DNA from: Centroscyllium fabricii
Lineage: Eukaryota
Assembly: GCA_051313645.2 (NCBI GenBank)
Contig: JBNRSN020000031.1
Span: 5,642,001 to 5,706,000, forward strand
Direction: 5' to 3'
Length of the DNA: 64,000 bases
A program made the translations under genes and the position numbers. Shown piece after piece: positions 28,270-40,900 of the stretch (the stretch's first letter is position 1; every line of letters starts with the position of its first letter). The notes under the pieces were generated by a model. The model did no database searches, was not told where the DNA came from, and worked only from the letters and a program-made list of their open reading frames with translations.

Positions 28270-30659
28270 AAGGACTACCTATTATGATCACATAATCACA
28301 TGCTGAGTTATCATTGGCCCACAGGCATCTGTAAGGACTACCTATTATATTCACGTAAACACATGCTGAGTTATCATTGGCCCACAGGCATCTGTAAGGA
28401 CTACCTATTATATTCACGTACTCACATGATGAGTTATCATTGGCCCACAGGCTTCTGTAAGGACTACCTATTATATTCCCGTAATAATATGCAGAGTTAT
28501 CATTGGCCCGCAGGCATCTGTAAGGACTACCTATTATATTCACGTAATCACATGCTGAGTTATCATTGGCCCACAGGCACCTGTAAGGACTACAATTATA
28601 TTCACGTAATCATATGCTGAGTTATCATTGGCCCACAGGCATCTGTAAGGACTACCTATTATATTCACGTAATCACATGCTGAGATATCATTGGCCCACA
28701 GCCATCTGTAAGGACTACCTATTATATTCAGGTAATCACATGCTGAGTTATCATTGGCCCACAGGCATCTGTAAGGACTACCTATTATATTCACGTAATC
28801 ACATGCTGAATTATCATTGGCCCACAGGCATTTGTAAGGACTACCTATTATATTCACGTAATGACATGCTGAGTTATCATTGGCCAACAGGCATCTGTAC
28901 GGACTACCTATTATATTCACGTAATCACATGATGAGTTATCATTGGCCCACAGGCATTTGTAAGGAATACCTCTTATATTCACGTAATCACATGCTGAGT
29001 TATCATAGTCCCACAGGCATCTGTAAGGACTAATTTTATATTCACGTAATCACATGCTGAATTATCATTGGCCCATAGGCATCTGTAAGGACTACCTATT
29101 ATATTCACGTAATCACATGCTGAGTTATGATTGGCACACAGGCATCTGTAAGGACTACCTATTATATTCACGTAATCACATGCTGAGATATCATTGGCCC
29201 ACAGGCATCTGTAAGGGCTACCTATTATATTCACGTAATCACATGCTAAATTATCATTGGCCCACAGGCATCTGTAAGGACTACCTATTATATTCACGTA
29301 ATCACATGCTGAATTGTCATTGGCCCACAGGCATCTGGAAGGACTACCTATTAAATTCACGTAATCACATGCTGAGTTATCATTGGCCCACAGGCATCTG
29401 TAAGGACCACCTATTATATTCACGTAATCACATGCTGAATTATCATTGGCCCACAGGCATCTGTAAGGACTACCTATTATGATCACATAATCACATGCTG
29501 AGTTATCATTGGCCCACAGGCATCTGTAAGGACTACCTATTATATTCACGTAATCACATGCTGAGTTATCATTGGCCCACAGGCATCTGTAAGGACTACC
29601 TATTATATTCACGTACTCACATGATGAGTTATCATTGGCCCACAGGCTTCTGTAAGGACTACCTATTATATTCCCGTAATAATATGCAGAGTTATCATTG
29701 GCCCGCAGGCATCTGTAAGGACTACCTATTATATTCACGTAATCACATGCTGAGTTATCATTGGCCCACAGGCATCTGTAAGGACTACAATTATATTCAC
29801 GTAATCATATGCTGAGTTATCATTGGCCCACAGGCATCTGTAAGGACTACCTATTATATTCACGTAATCACATGCTGAGTTATCATTGGCCCACAGCCAT
29901 CTGTAAGGACTACCTATTATATTCAGGTAATCACATGCTGAGTTATCATTGGCCCACAGGCATCTGTAAGGACTACCTATTATATTCACGTAATCACATG
30001 CTGAATTATCATTGGCCCACAGGCATTTGTAAGGACTACCTATTATATTCACGTAATGACATGCTGAGTTATCATTGGCCAACAGGCATCTGTACGGACT
30101 ACCTATTATATTCACGTAATCACATGATGAGTTATCATTGGCCCACAGGCATTTGTAAGGAATACCTCTTATATTCACGTAATCACATGCTGAGTTATCA
30201 TAGTCCCACAGGCATCTGTAAGGACTAATTTTATATTCACGTAATCACATGCTGAATTATCATTGGCCCATAGGCATCTGTAAGGACTACCTATTATATT
30301 CACGTAATCACATGCTGAGTTATGATTGGCACACAGGCATCTGTAAGGACTACCTATTATATTCACGTAATCACATGCTGAGATATCATTGGCCCACAGG
30401 CATCTGTAAGGGCTACCTATTATATTCACGTAATCACATGCTAAATTATCATTGGCCCACAGGCATCTGTAAGGACTACCTATTATATTCACGTAATCAC
30501 ATGCTGAATTGTCATTGGCCCACAGGCATCTGGAAGGACTACCTATTAAATTCACGTAATCACATGCTGAGTTATCATTGGCCCACAGGCATCTGTAAGG
30601 ACCACCTATTATATTCACGTAATCACATGCTGAATTATCATTGGCCCACAGGCATCTGT
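28270..30659. repeat. Tandem duplication of a 1195-bp (19-monomer) block
   Basis: ORF pairs 28300/29495, 28614/29809 and 29054/30249 differ by 1195. TATGATCACAT occurs at ~28283 and ~29478. GACTACAATTAT and GAATACCTCTT are shared. Confidence 0.9.
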
Positions 30660-32149
30660 AAGGACTACCTATTATATTCACGTAACCACATGCTGAGTTA
30701 TCATTGGCCCACAGGCATCTGTAAGGACTACCTATTATATTCACGTAATCACATGCCGAGTTATCATTGGCCACAGGCATCTGTAAGGACTACCTATTAT
30801 ATTCACGTAATCACAAGCTGAGATATCATTGGCCCACAGGCATCTGTAAGGACTACCTATTATATTCACGTAATCACATGCTAAGTAATCATTGGCCCAC
30901 AGGCATCTGTAAGGACAACCTATTATATTCACATAATCACATGCTGAATTATCATTGGCCCACAGCCATCTGTAAGGACTACCTATTATATTCACGTAAT
31001 CAGATGCTGAGTTATCATTGGCCCGCAGGCATCTGTACGGACTACCAATTATATTCACGTGATCACATGCTGAGTTATCATTGGCCCACAGGAATCTGTA
31101 AGGACTACTATTATATTCACGTAATCACATGCTGTGTTATCATTGGCCCAATGGCATCTGTAAGGACTACTATTGTATTCATGTAATCGAATGCTGAGTT
31201 ATCATTGGACCACAGGCATCTGTAAGGACTACTATTGTATTCACGTAATCACATGCTGAGTTATCATTGGCCCACAGTCATCTATAAGGACTACTATTAT
31301 ATTTACGTAATCATATGCTGAGTTATCATTGGCCCACAGGCATCTGAAAGGACTACCTATTATATTAACGTAATCACATGCTGTGTTATCATTGGCCCAC
31401 AGGCATCTGTAAGGACTACCTATTATGATCACATAATCACATGCTGAGTTATCATTGGCCCACAGGCATCTGTAAGGACTACCTATTATATTCACGTAAT
31501 CACATGCTGAGTTATCATTGGCCCACAGGCATCTGTAAGGACTACCTATTATATTCACGTACTCACATGATGAGTTATCATTGGCCCACAGGCTTCTGTA
31601 AGGACTACCTATTATAATCCCGTAATAATATGCAGAGTTATCATTGGCCCACAGGCATCTGTAAGGACTACCTGTTATATTCACCTAATCAAATGCTGAG
31701 TTATCATTGGCCCACAGGCATCTGTAAGGACTACCTATTATATTCAGGTAATCACATGCTGAGATATCATTGGCCCACTGGCATCTGTAAGGACTACCTA
31801 TTATATTCACGTAATCACATGCTAAGTTATCATTGGCCCACAGGCATCTGTAAGGACTACCTATTATATTCACGTAATCACATGCTGAGTTATCATTGGC
31901 CCGCAGGCATCTGTAAGGACTACCAATTATATTCACGTAATCACATGCTGAATTATCATTGGCCCACAGGCATCTGTAAGGACTACTATTGTATTAACGT
32001 AACCAAATGCTGAGTTATCATTGGCCCACAGGCATCTGAATTGACTACTAATGTATTCACGTTATCACAGTCTGAGTTATCATTGGCCCGCAGGCATCTG
32101 TAAGGACTACCTATTATATTCACGTAATCACAAGCTGAGTTATCATTGG

Positions 32150-35100
32150 CCCACAGGCATCTGTAACGACTACTATTATATTCACGTAATCACATGCTGA
32201 GATATCATTGGCCCACTGGCATCTGTAAGGACTACTATTGTATTCACGTAATCAAATCCTGAGTTATCATTGGCCCACAGGCATCTGTAAGGACTACAAA
32301 TGTATTCACGTAATCACATGCTGAGTTATCATTGGCCCACAGGCATCTGTTAGGACTACCTATTATATTCACATGATCACATGCTGAGATATCATTGGCC
32401 CACAGGGATCTGTGAGGACTACTATTGTATTCACGTAACCAAATGCTGAATTATCATTGGCCCACAGGCATCTGTAAGGACTACTAATGTATACACGTAA
32501 TCACAGGCTGAGTTATCATTGGCCCGCAGGCATCTGTAAGGACTACCTATTATATTCACGTAATCACATGCTGAGTTATCATTGGCCCACAGTCATCTGT
32601 GAGGACTACTATTATATTCACGTAATCATATGCTGAGTTATCATTGGCCCACAGGCATCTGTAAGGTCTACCTATTATATTCACGTAATCACATGCTGTG
32701 TTATCATTGGTCCAAAGGCATCTGTAAGGACTACCTATTATATTCATGTAATCACATGCTGAGTTATCATTGGCCCACAGGCATTTGTAAGGACCACCTG
32801 TTATATTCACGTAATCACATGCTGAGATATAATTGGCCCACAGGCATCTGTAAGGATTACCTATTATATTCACGTAATCACATGATGAGTTATCATTGGC
32901 CCACAGGAATCTGTAAGGACTACCAATTATATTCCCGTAATAATATGCTGAGTTATCATTGGCCCACAGGCAGCTGTAAGGACTACCTATTATATTCACG
33001 TAATCAAATGCTGAGTTATCATTGGCCCGCAGGCATCTGTAAGGACTACCAATTATATTCACGTGATCACATGCCGACTTATCATTGGCGCACAGGCATC
33101 TGTAAGGACTATTATTGTATTCACGTAACCAAATGCTGAGTTATCATTGGCCCACAGGCATCTGTAAGGACTACTATTGTATTCACGTAATCACATGCTG
33201 AGTTATCATTGGCCCGCAGGCATCTGTAAGGACTACCTATTATATTCACGTAATCACACGCTGAGTTATCATTGGACCACAGGCATCTGTAAGGACTACT
33301 ATTATATTCAAGTAATCACATGCTGAGTTATCATTGGCCCACTGGCATCTGTAAGGACGACTATTGTATTCACGTAATCAAATGCTGAGTTAACATTGGC
33401 CCACAGGCATCTGTATGGTCTACTATTGTATTCACGTAATCACATGCTGAATTATCATTGGCCCGCAGGCATCTGTAAGGACTACCTATTTTATTCACAT
33501 AATCACATGCTGAGTTATCATTGGTCCACAGGCATCTGTAAGGACTAATGTTGTATTCACGTAACCAAATGCTGAGTTATCATTGGCCCACAGGCATCTG
33601 TAAGGACTACTAATGTATTCACGTAATCACCGGCTGAGTTATCATTGGCCCGCAGGCATCTGTAAGGACTACCTATTATATTTACGTAATCACAAGCTGA
33701 GTTATCATTGGCCCACTGGCATCTGTAAGGACTACTATTATATTCACGTAATCACATGCTGAGTTATCATTGGCCCACTGGCATCTGTAAGGACTACTAT
33801 TGTATTCACGTAATCAAATCCTGAGTTATCATTGGCCCACAGGCATCTGTAAGGACTAATATTGTATTCACGTAATCACATGCTGAGTTATCATTGGCCC
33901 ACAGGCATCTGTTAGGACTACCTATTATATTCACATGATCACATGCTGAGTTATCATTGGCCCACAGGGATCTGTAAGGACTACTATTTTATTCACGTAA
34001 CCAAATGCTGAATTATCATTGGCCCACAGGCATCTGTAAGGACTACTAATGTATTCACGTAATGACAGGCTGAGTTATCATTGGCCCGCAGGCATCTGTA
34101 AGGACTACCTATTATATTCACGTAATCACATGCTGAGTTATCATTGGCCCACAGGCATCTGTAAGGACTACTATTATATTCACGTAATCATATGCTGAGT
34201 TATCATTGGCCCACAGGCATCTGTAAGGTCTACCTATTATATTCATTTAATCACATGCTGTGTTATCATTGGCCCAAAGGCATCTGTAAGGACTACCTAT
34301 TATATTCACGTAATATCATGCTGAGTTATCATTGGCCCACAGGCATTTGTAAGGACTGCCTATTATATTCACGTAATCACATGCTGAGTTATCATTGGCC
34401 CACAGGCATCTGTAAGGATTACCTATTATATTCACGTAATCACATGACGAGTTATCATTGGCCCACAGGAATCTGTAAGGACTACCTATTATATTCCTGT
34501 AATAATATGCTGAGTTATCATTGGCCCACAGGCAGCTGTAAGGACTACCTATTATATTCACGTAATCAAATGCTGAGTTATCATTGGCCCACAGGCATCT
34601 GTAAGGTCTACCTATTATATTCAGGTAATCACATGCTGAATTATCATTGGCCCACAGGCATCTGTAAGGACTACCTATTATATTCACGTAATCACATGCT
34701 GAGTTATCATTGGTCCACAGGCATCTGTAAGGACTACCTGTTATATTCACGTAATCACATGCTGAGTTATCATTGGCCCACAGGCATTTGTAAGGACTAC
34801 CTATTATATTCACGTAATCACATGCTGAGTTATCATTGGCCCACAGGCATCTGTAAGGACTACCTTTCATATTCACGTAATCACATGCTGAATTACCATT
34901 GGCCCACAGGCATCTGTAAGGACCACCTATTATATTCACGTAATCACATGCTGAGTTATCATTGGACCACAGGCATCTGTAAGGACTACCTATTATATTC
35001 ACGTAATTACATGCTCAGATATCATTGACCCACAGGCATCTGTAAGGACTACTATTGTAATCACGTAACCAAATGCTGAGTTATCATTGGCCCACAGGCA

Positions 35101-37970
35101 TCTGTAAGGACTACTATTGTATTCACGTAATCACATGCTGAGTTATCATTGGCCCACTGGCATCTGTAAGGACTACTATTGTATTCACGTAATCAATTCC
35201 TGAGTTATCATTGGCCCACAGGCATCTGTAAGGACTACTAATGTATTCACGTAATCACATGCTGAGTTATCATTGGCCCACAGGCATCTGTTAGGACTAC
35301 CTATTATATTCACATGATCACATGCTGAGTTATCATTGGCCCACAAGGCTCTGTAAGGACTACCATTGTATTCACGTAACCAAATGCTGAATTATCATTG
35401 GCCCACAGGCATCTGTAAGGACTACTAATGTATTCACGTAATCACAGGCTGAGTTATCATTGGCCCGCAGGCATCTGTAAGGGCTACCTATTATATTCAC
35501 GTAATCACATGCTGAGTTATCATTGGCCCACAGTCATCTGTGAGGACTACTATTATATTCACGTAATCATATGCTGAGTTATCATTGGCCCACAGGCAAC
35601 TGTAAGGTCTACCTATTATATTCACGTAATCACATGTTGTGTTATCATTGGCCCAATGGCATCTGTAAGGACTACCTATTATATTCATGTAATCACATGC
35701 TGAGTTATCATTGGCCCACAGTCATTTGTAAGGACTACCTGTTATATTCACGTAATCACATGCTGAGATATCATTGGCCCACAGGCATCTGTAAGGATTA
35801 CCTATTATATTCACGTAATCACATGATGAGTTATCATTGGCCCACAGGAATCTATAAGGACTACCAATTATATTCCCGTAATAATATGCTGAGTTATCAT
35901 TGGCCCACAGGCAGCTGTAAGGACTACCTATTATATTCACGTAATCAAATGCTGAGTTATCATTGGCCCGCAGGCATCTGTAAGGACTACCAATTATATT
36001 CACGTGATCACATGCCGACTTATCATTGGCCCACAGGCATCTGTAAGGACTATTATTGTATTCACGTAACCAAATGCTGAGTTATCATTGGCCCACAGGC
36101 ATCTGTAAGGACTACTATTGTATTCACGTAATCACATGCTGAGTTATCATTGGCCCCGCAGGCATCTGTAAGGACTACCTATTATATTCACGTAATCACA
36201 CGCTGAGTTATCATTGGCCCACAGGCATCTGTAAGGACTACTATTATATTCACGTAATCAGATGCTGAGTTATCATTGGCCCACTGGCATCTGTAAGGAC
36301 GACTATTGTATTCACATAATCAAATGCTGAATTAACATTGGCCCACAGGCATCTGTATGGTCTACTATTGTATTCACGTAATCACATGCTGAGTTATCAT
36401 TGGCCCGCAGGCATCTGTAAGGACTACCTATTTTATTCACATAATCACATGCTGAGTTATCATTGGTCCACAGGCATCTGTAAGGACTACTGTTGTATTC
36501 ACGTAATCAAATGCTGAGTTATCATTGGCCCACAGGCATCTGTAAGGACTACTAATGTATCCACGTAATCACCGGCTGAGTTATCATTGGCCCGCAGGCA
36601 TCTGTAAGGACTACCTATTATATTTACGTAATCACATGCTGAGTTATCATTGGCCCACAGGCATCTGTAAGGACTACTATTATATTCACGTAATCACATG
36701 CTGAGTTATCAATGGCCCACTGGCATCTGTAAGGACTACTATTGTATTCACGTAATCAAATCCTGAGTTATCATTGGCCCACAGGCATCTGTAAGGACTA
36801 CTATTGTATTCACGTAATCACATGCTGAGTTATCATTGGCCCACAGGCATCTGTTAGGACTACCTATTATATTCACATGATCACATGCTGAGTTATCATT
36901 GGCCCACAGGGATCTGTAAGGACTACTATTGTATTCACGTAACCAAATTCTGAATTATCATTGGCCCACAGGCATCTGTAAGGACTACTAATGTATTCAC
37001 GTAATCACAGGCTGAGTTATCATTGGCCCGCAGGCATCTGTAAGGACTACCTATTATATTCACGTAATCACATGCTGAGTTATCATTGGCCCACAGGCAT
37101 CTGTAAGGACTACTATTATATTCACGTAATCATATGCTGAGTTATCATTGGCCCACAGGCATCTGTAAGGTCTACCTATTATATTCATGTAATCACATGC
37201 TGTGTTATCATTGGCCCAAAGGCATCTGTAAGGACTACCTATTATATTCACATAATATCATGCTGAGTTATCATTGGCCCACAGGCATTTGTAAGGACTA
37301 CCTATTATATTCACGTAATCACATGCTGAGATATCATTGGCCCACAGGCATCTGTAAGGATTACCTATTATATTCACGTAATCACATGACGAGTTATCAT
37401 TGGCCCACAGGAATTTGTAAGGACTACCTATTATATTCCCGTAATAATATGCTGAGTTATCATTGGCCCACAGGCAGCTGTAAGGACTACCTATTATATT
37501 CACGTAATCAAATGCTGAGTTATCATTGACCCACAGGCATCTGTAAGGTCTACCTATTATATTCAGGTAATCACTTGCTGAATTATCATTGGCCCACAGG
37601 CATCTGTAAGGACTACCTATTATATTCACGTAATCACATGCTGAGTTATCATTGGCCCACAGGCATCTGTAAGGACTACCTGTTATATTCACGTAATCAC
37701 ATGCTGAGTTATCATTGGCCCACAGGCATTTGTAAGGACTACCTATTATATTCACGTAATCACATGCTGAGTTATCATTGGCCCACAGGCATCTGTAAGG
37801 ACTACCTTTCATATTCACGTAATCACATGCTGAATTACCATTGGCCCACAGGCATCTGTAAGGACCACCTATTATATTCACGTAATCACATGCTGAGTTA
37901 TCATTGGACCACAGGCATCTGTAAGGACTACCTATTATATTCACGTAATTACATGCTCAGATATCATTGG
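32150..37970. repeat. Older tandem duplication of a ~2942-bp (about 47-monomer) block
   Basis: ORF pairs 32556/35497 and 32630/35571 (+2941) and 34192/37134 and 34316/37258 (+2942). The copies share TAATATCATG and CCTTTCAT but visibly differ at more sites than the 5-13 kb duplicates do. Confidence 0.85.
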
Positions 37971-40900
37971 CCCACAGGCATCTGTAAGGACTACCTATTA
38001 TATTCACGTAATCTCATGCTGAATTATCATTGGGCCACAGGCATCTGTAAGGACTACCTATTATATTCACGTAATCACATGCTGAGTTATCATTGGCCCG
38101 CAGGCATCTGTAAGGACTACCAATTATATTCACGTGATCACAGGCTGAGTTATCATTGACCCACAGGCATCTGTAAGGACTACTATTGTAATCACGTAAC
38201 CAAATGCTGAGTTATCATTGGCCCACAGGCATCTGTAAAGACTACTATTATATTCACGTAATCAAATGCTGAGTTATCATTGGCCCGCAGGCATCTGTAA
38301 GGACTACCTATTATATTCACGTAATCACACGCTGAGTTATCATTGGCCCACAGGCATCTGTAAGGACTACTATTATATTCACGTAATCACATGCTGAGTT
38401 ATCATTGGCCCACTGGCATCTGTAAGGACGACTATTGTATTCACGTAATCAAATGCTGAGTTAACATTGTCCCACAGGCATCTGTATGGTCTACTATTGT
38501 ATTCACGTAATGACATGCTGAGTTATCATTGGCCCGCAGGCATCTGTAAGGACTACCTATTATATTCACATAATCACATGCTGAGTTATCATTGGCCCAC
38601 AGGCATCTGTAAGGACTACTATTATGTTCACGTAATCATATGCTGAGTTATCATTGGCCCACAGGCATCTGTACGGACTACCTAATATATTCACGTAATC
38701 ACATGCTGAGTTATCATTGGCCCACAGGCATCTGTAAGTTCTACCTATTATAATCACGTAATCACATGCTGAGTTATCATTGGCCCACAGGCATCTGTAA
38801 GGACTACCGATTATATTCACGTAATCACATGCTGAATTATCATTGGACCACAGGCATTTGTAAGGACTACCTATTATATTCACGTAATCACATGCTGAGT
38901 TATTATTGGCCCACAGGCATCTGTAAGGACTACCTATTATATTCACGTAATCACATGATGAGTTATCATATGCCCACAGGCATCAGCAAGGGCTACCTAT
39001 TATATTCCCGTAATAATATGCTGAGTTATCATTGCCCACAGGCATCTGTAAGGACTACCTATTATATTCACATAATCAAATGCTGAGTTATCATTGGCCC
39101 ACAAGCATCTGTAAGGACTACCTATTATATTCAGGTAATCACATGCTGAATTCTGATTGGCCCACAGGCATCTGTAAGGACTAGCTATTATATTCAGGTA
39201 ATCACATGATGAGTTATCATTGGCCCACAGGCATCTGTAAGGACTACCTGTTATATTCACGTAATCACATGCTGAGTTATCATTCGCCAACAGGCATTTG
39301 TAAGGACTACCTATTATATTCACGTATTCACATGCTGAGTTATCATTGGCCCACAGGCATCTGTAAGGACTACCTATTATATTCCCGTAATAATATGCTG
39401 AGTTATTATTGGCCCACAGGCAGCTGTAAGGACTACCTATTATATTCCCGTAATAATATGCTGAGTTATCATTGGCCCACAGGCAGCTGTAAGGACTACC
39501 TATTATATTCACGTAATCAAATGCTGAGTTATCATTGGCCCACAGGCATCTGTAAGGACTACCTATTATATTCAGGTAATCACATGCTGAATTATCATTG
39601 GCCCACAGGCATCTGTAAGGACTACCTATTATATTCACGTAATCACATGCTGAGTTATCATTGGCCCACAGGCATCTGTAAGGACTACCTGTTATATTCA
39701 CGTAATCACATGCTGAGTTATCATTGGCCCACAGGCATTTGTAAGGACTACCTATTATATTCACGTAATCACATGCTGAGTTATCATTGGCCCACAGGCA
39801 TCTGTAAGGACAACCTTTCATATTCACGTAATCACATGCTGAATTACCATTGGCCCACAGGCATCTGTAAGGACTACCTATTATATTCACGTAATCACAT
39901 GCTGAGTTATCATTGGACCACAGGCATCTGTAAGGACTACCTATTATATTCACGTAATTACATGCTCAGATATCATTGGCCCACAGGCATCTGTAAGGAC
40001 TACCTATTATACTCACGTAATCTCATGCTGAATTATCATTGGCCCACAGGCATCTGTAAGGACGACCTATTATATTCACGTAATCACATGCTGAGTTATC
40101 ATTGGCCCGCAGGCATCTGTAAGGACTACCAATTATATTCACGTGATCACAGGCTGAGTTATCATTGACCCACAGGCATCTGTAAGGACTACTATTGTAT
40201 TCACGTAACCAAATGCTGAGTTATCATTGGCCCACAGGCATCTGTAAGGACTAATATTGTATTAACGTAATCACATGCTGAGTTATCATTGGCCCGCAGG
40301 CATCTGTAAGGACTACCTATTATATTCACGTAATCACACGCTGAGTTATCATTGGCCCACAGGCATCTGTAAGGACTACTATTATATTCACGTAATCACA
40401 TGCTGAGTTATCATTGGCCCACTGGCATCTGTAAGGACGACAATTGTATTCACGTAATCAAATGCTGAGTTAACATTGGCCCACAGGCATCTGTATGGTC
40501 TACTATTGTATTCACGTAATCACATGCTGAGTTATCATTGGCCCGCAGGCATCTGTAAGGACTACCTATTATATTCACATAATCACATGCTGAGTTATCA
40601 TTGGCACACAGGCATCTGTAAGGACTACTGTTTATATTCACGTAATCACATGCTGAATTATCATTGGACCACAGGCATTTGTAAGGTCTACCTATTATAT
40701 TCACGTAATCACATGCTGAATTATTATTGGCCCACAGGCATCTGTAAGGACAACCTATTATATTTACGTAATCACATGATGAGTTATCATATGCCCACAG
40801 GCATCAGCAAGGGCTACCTATTATATTCCCGTAATAATATGCTGAGTTATCATTGCCCACAGGCATCTGTAAGGACTACCTATTATATTCACATAATCAA

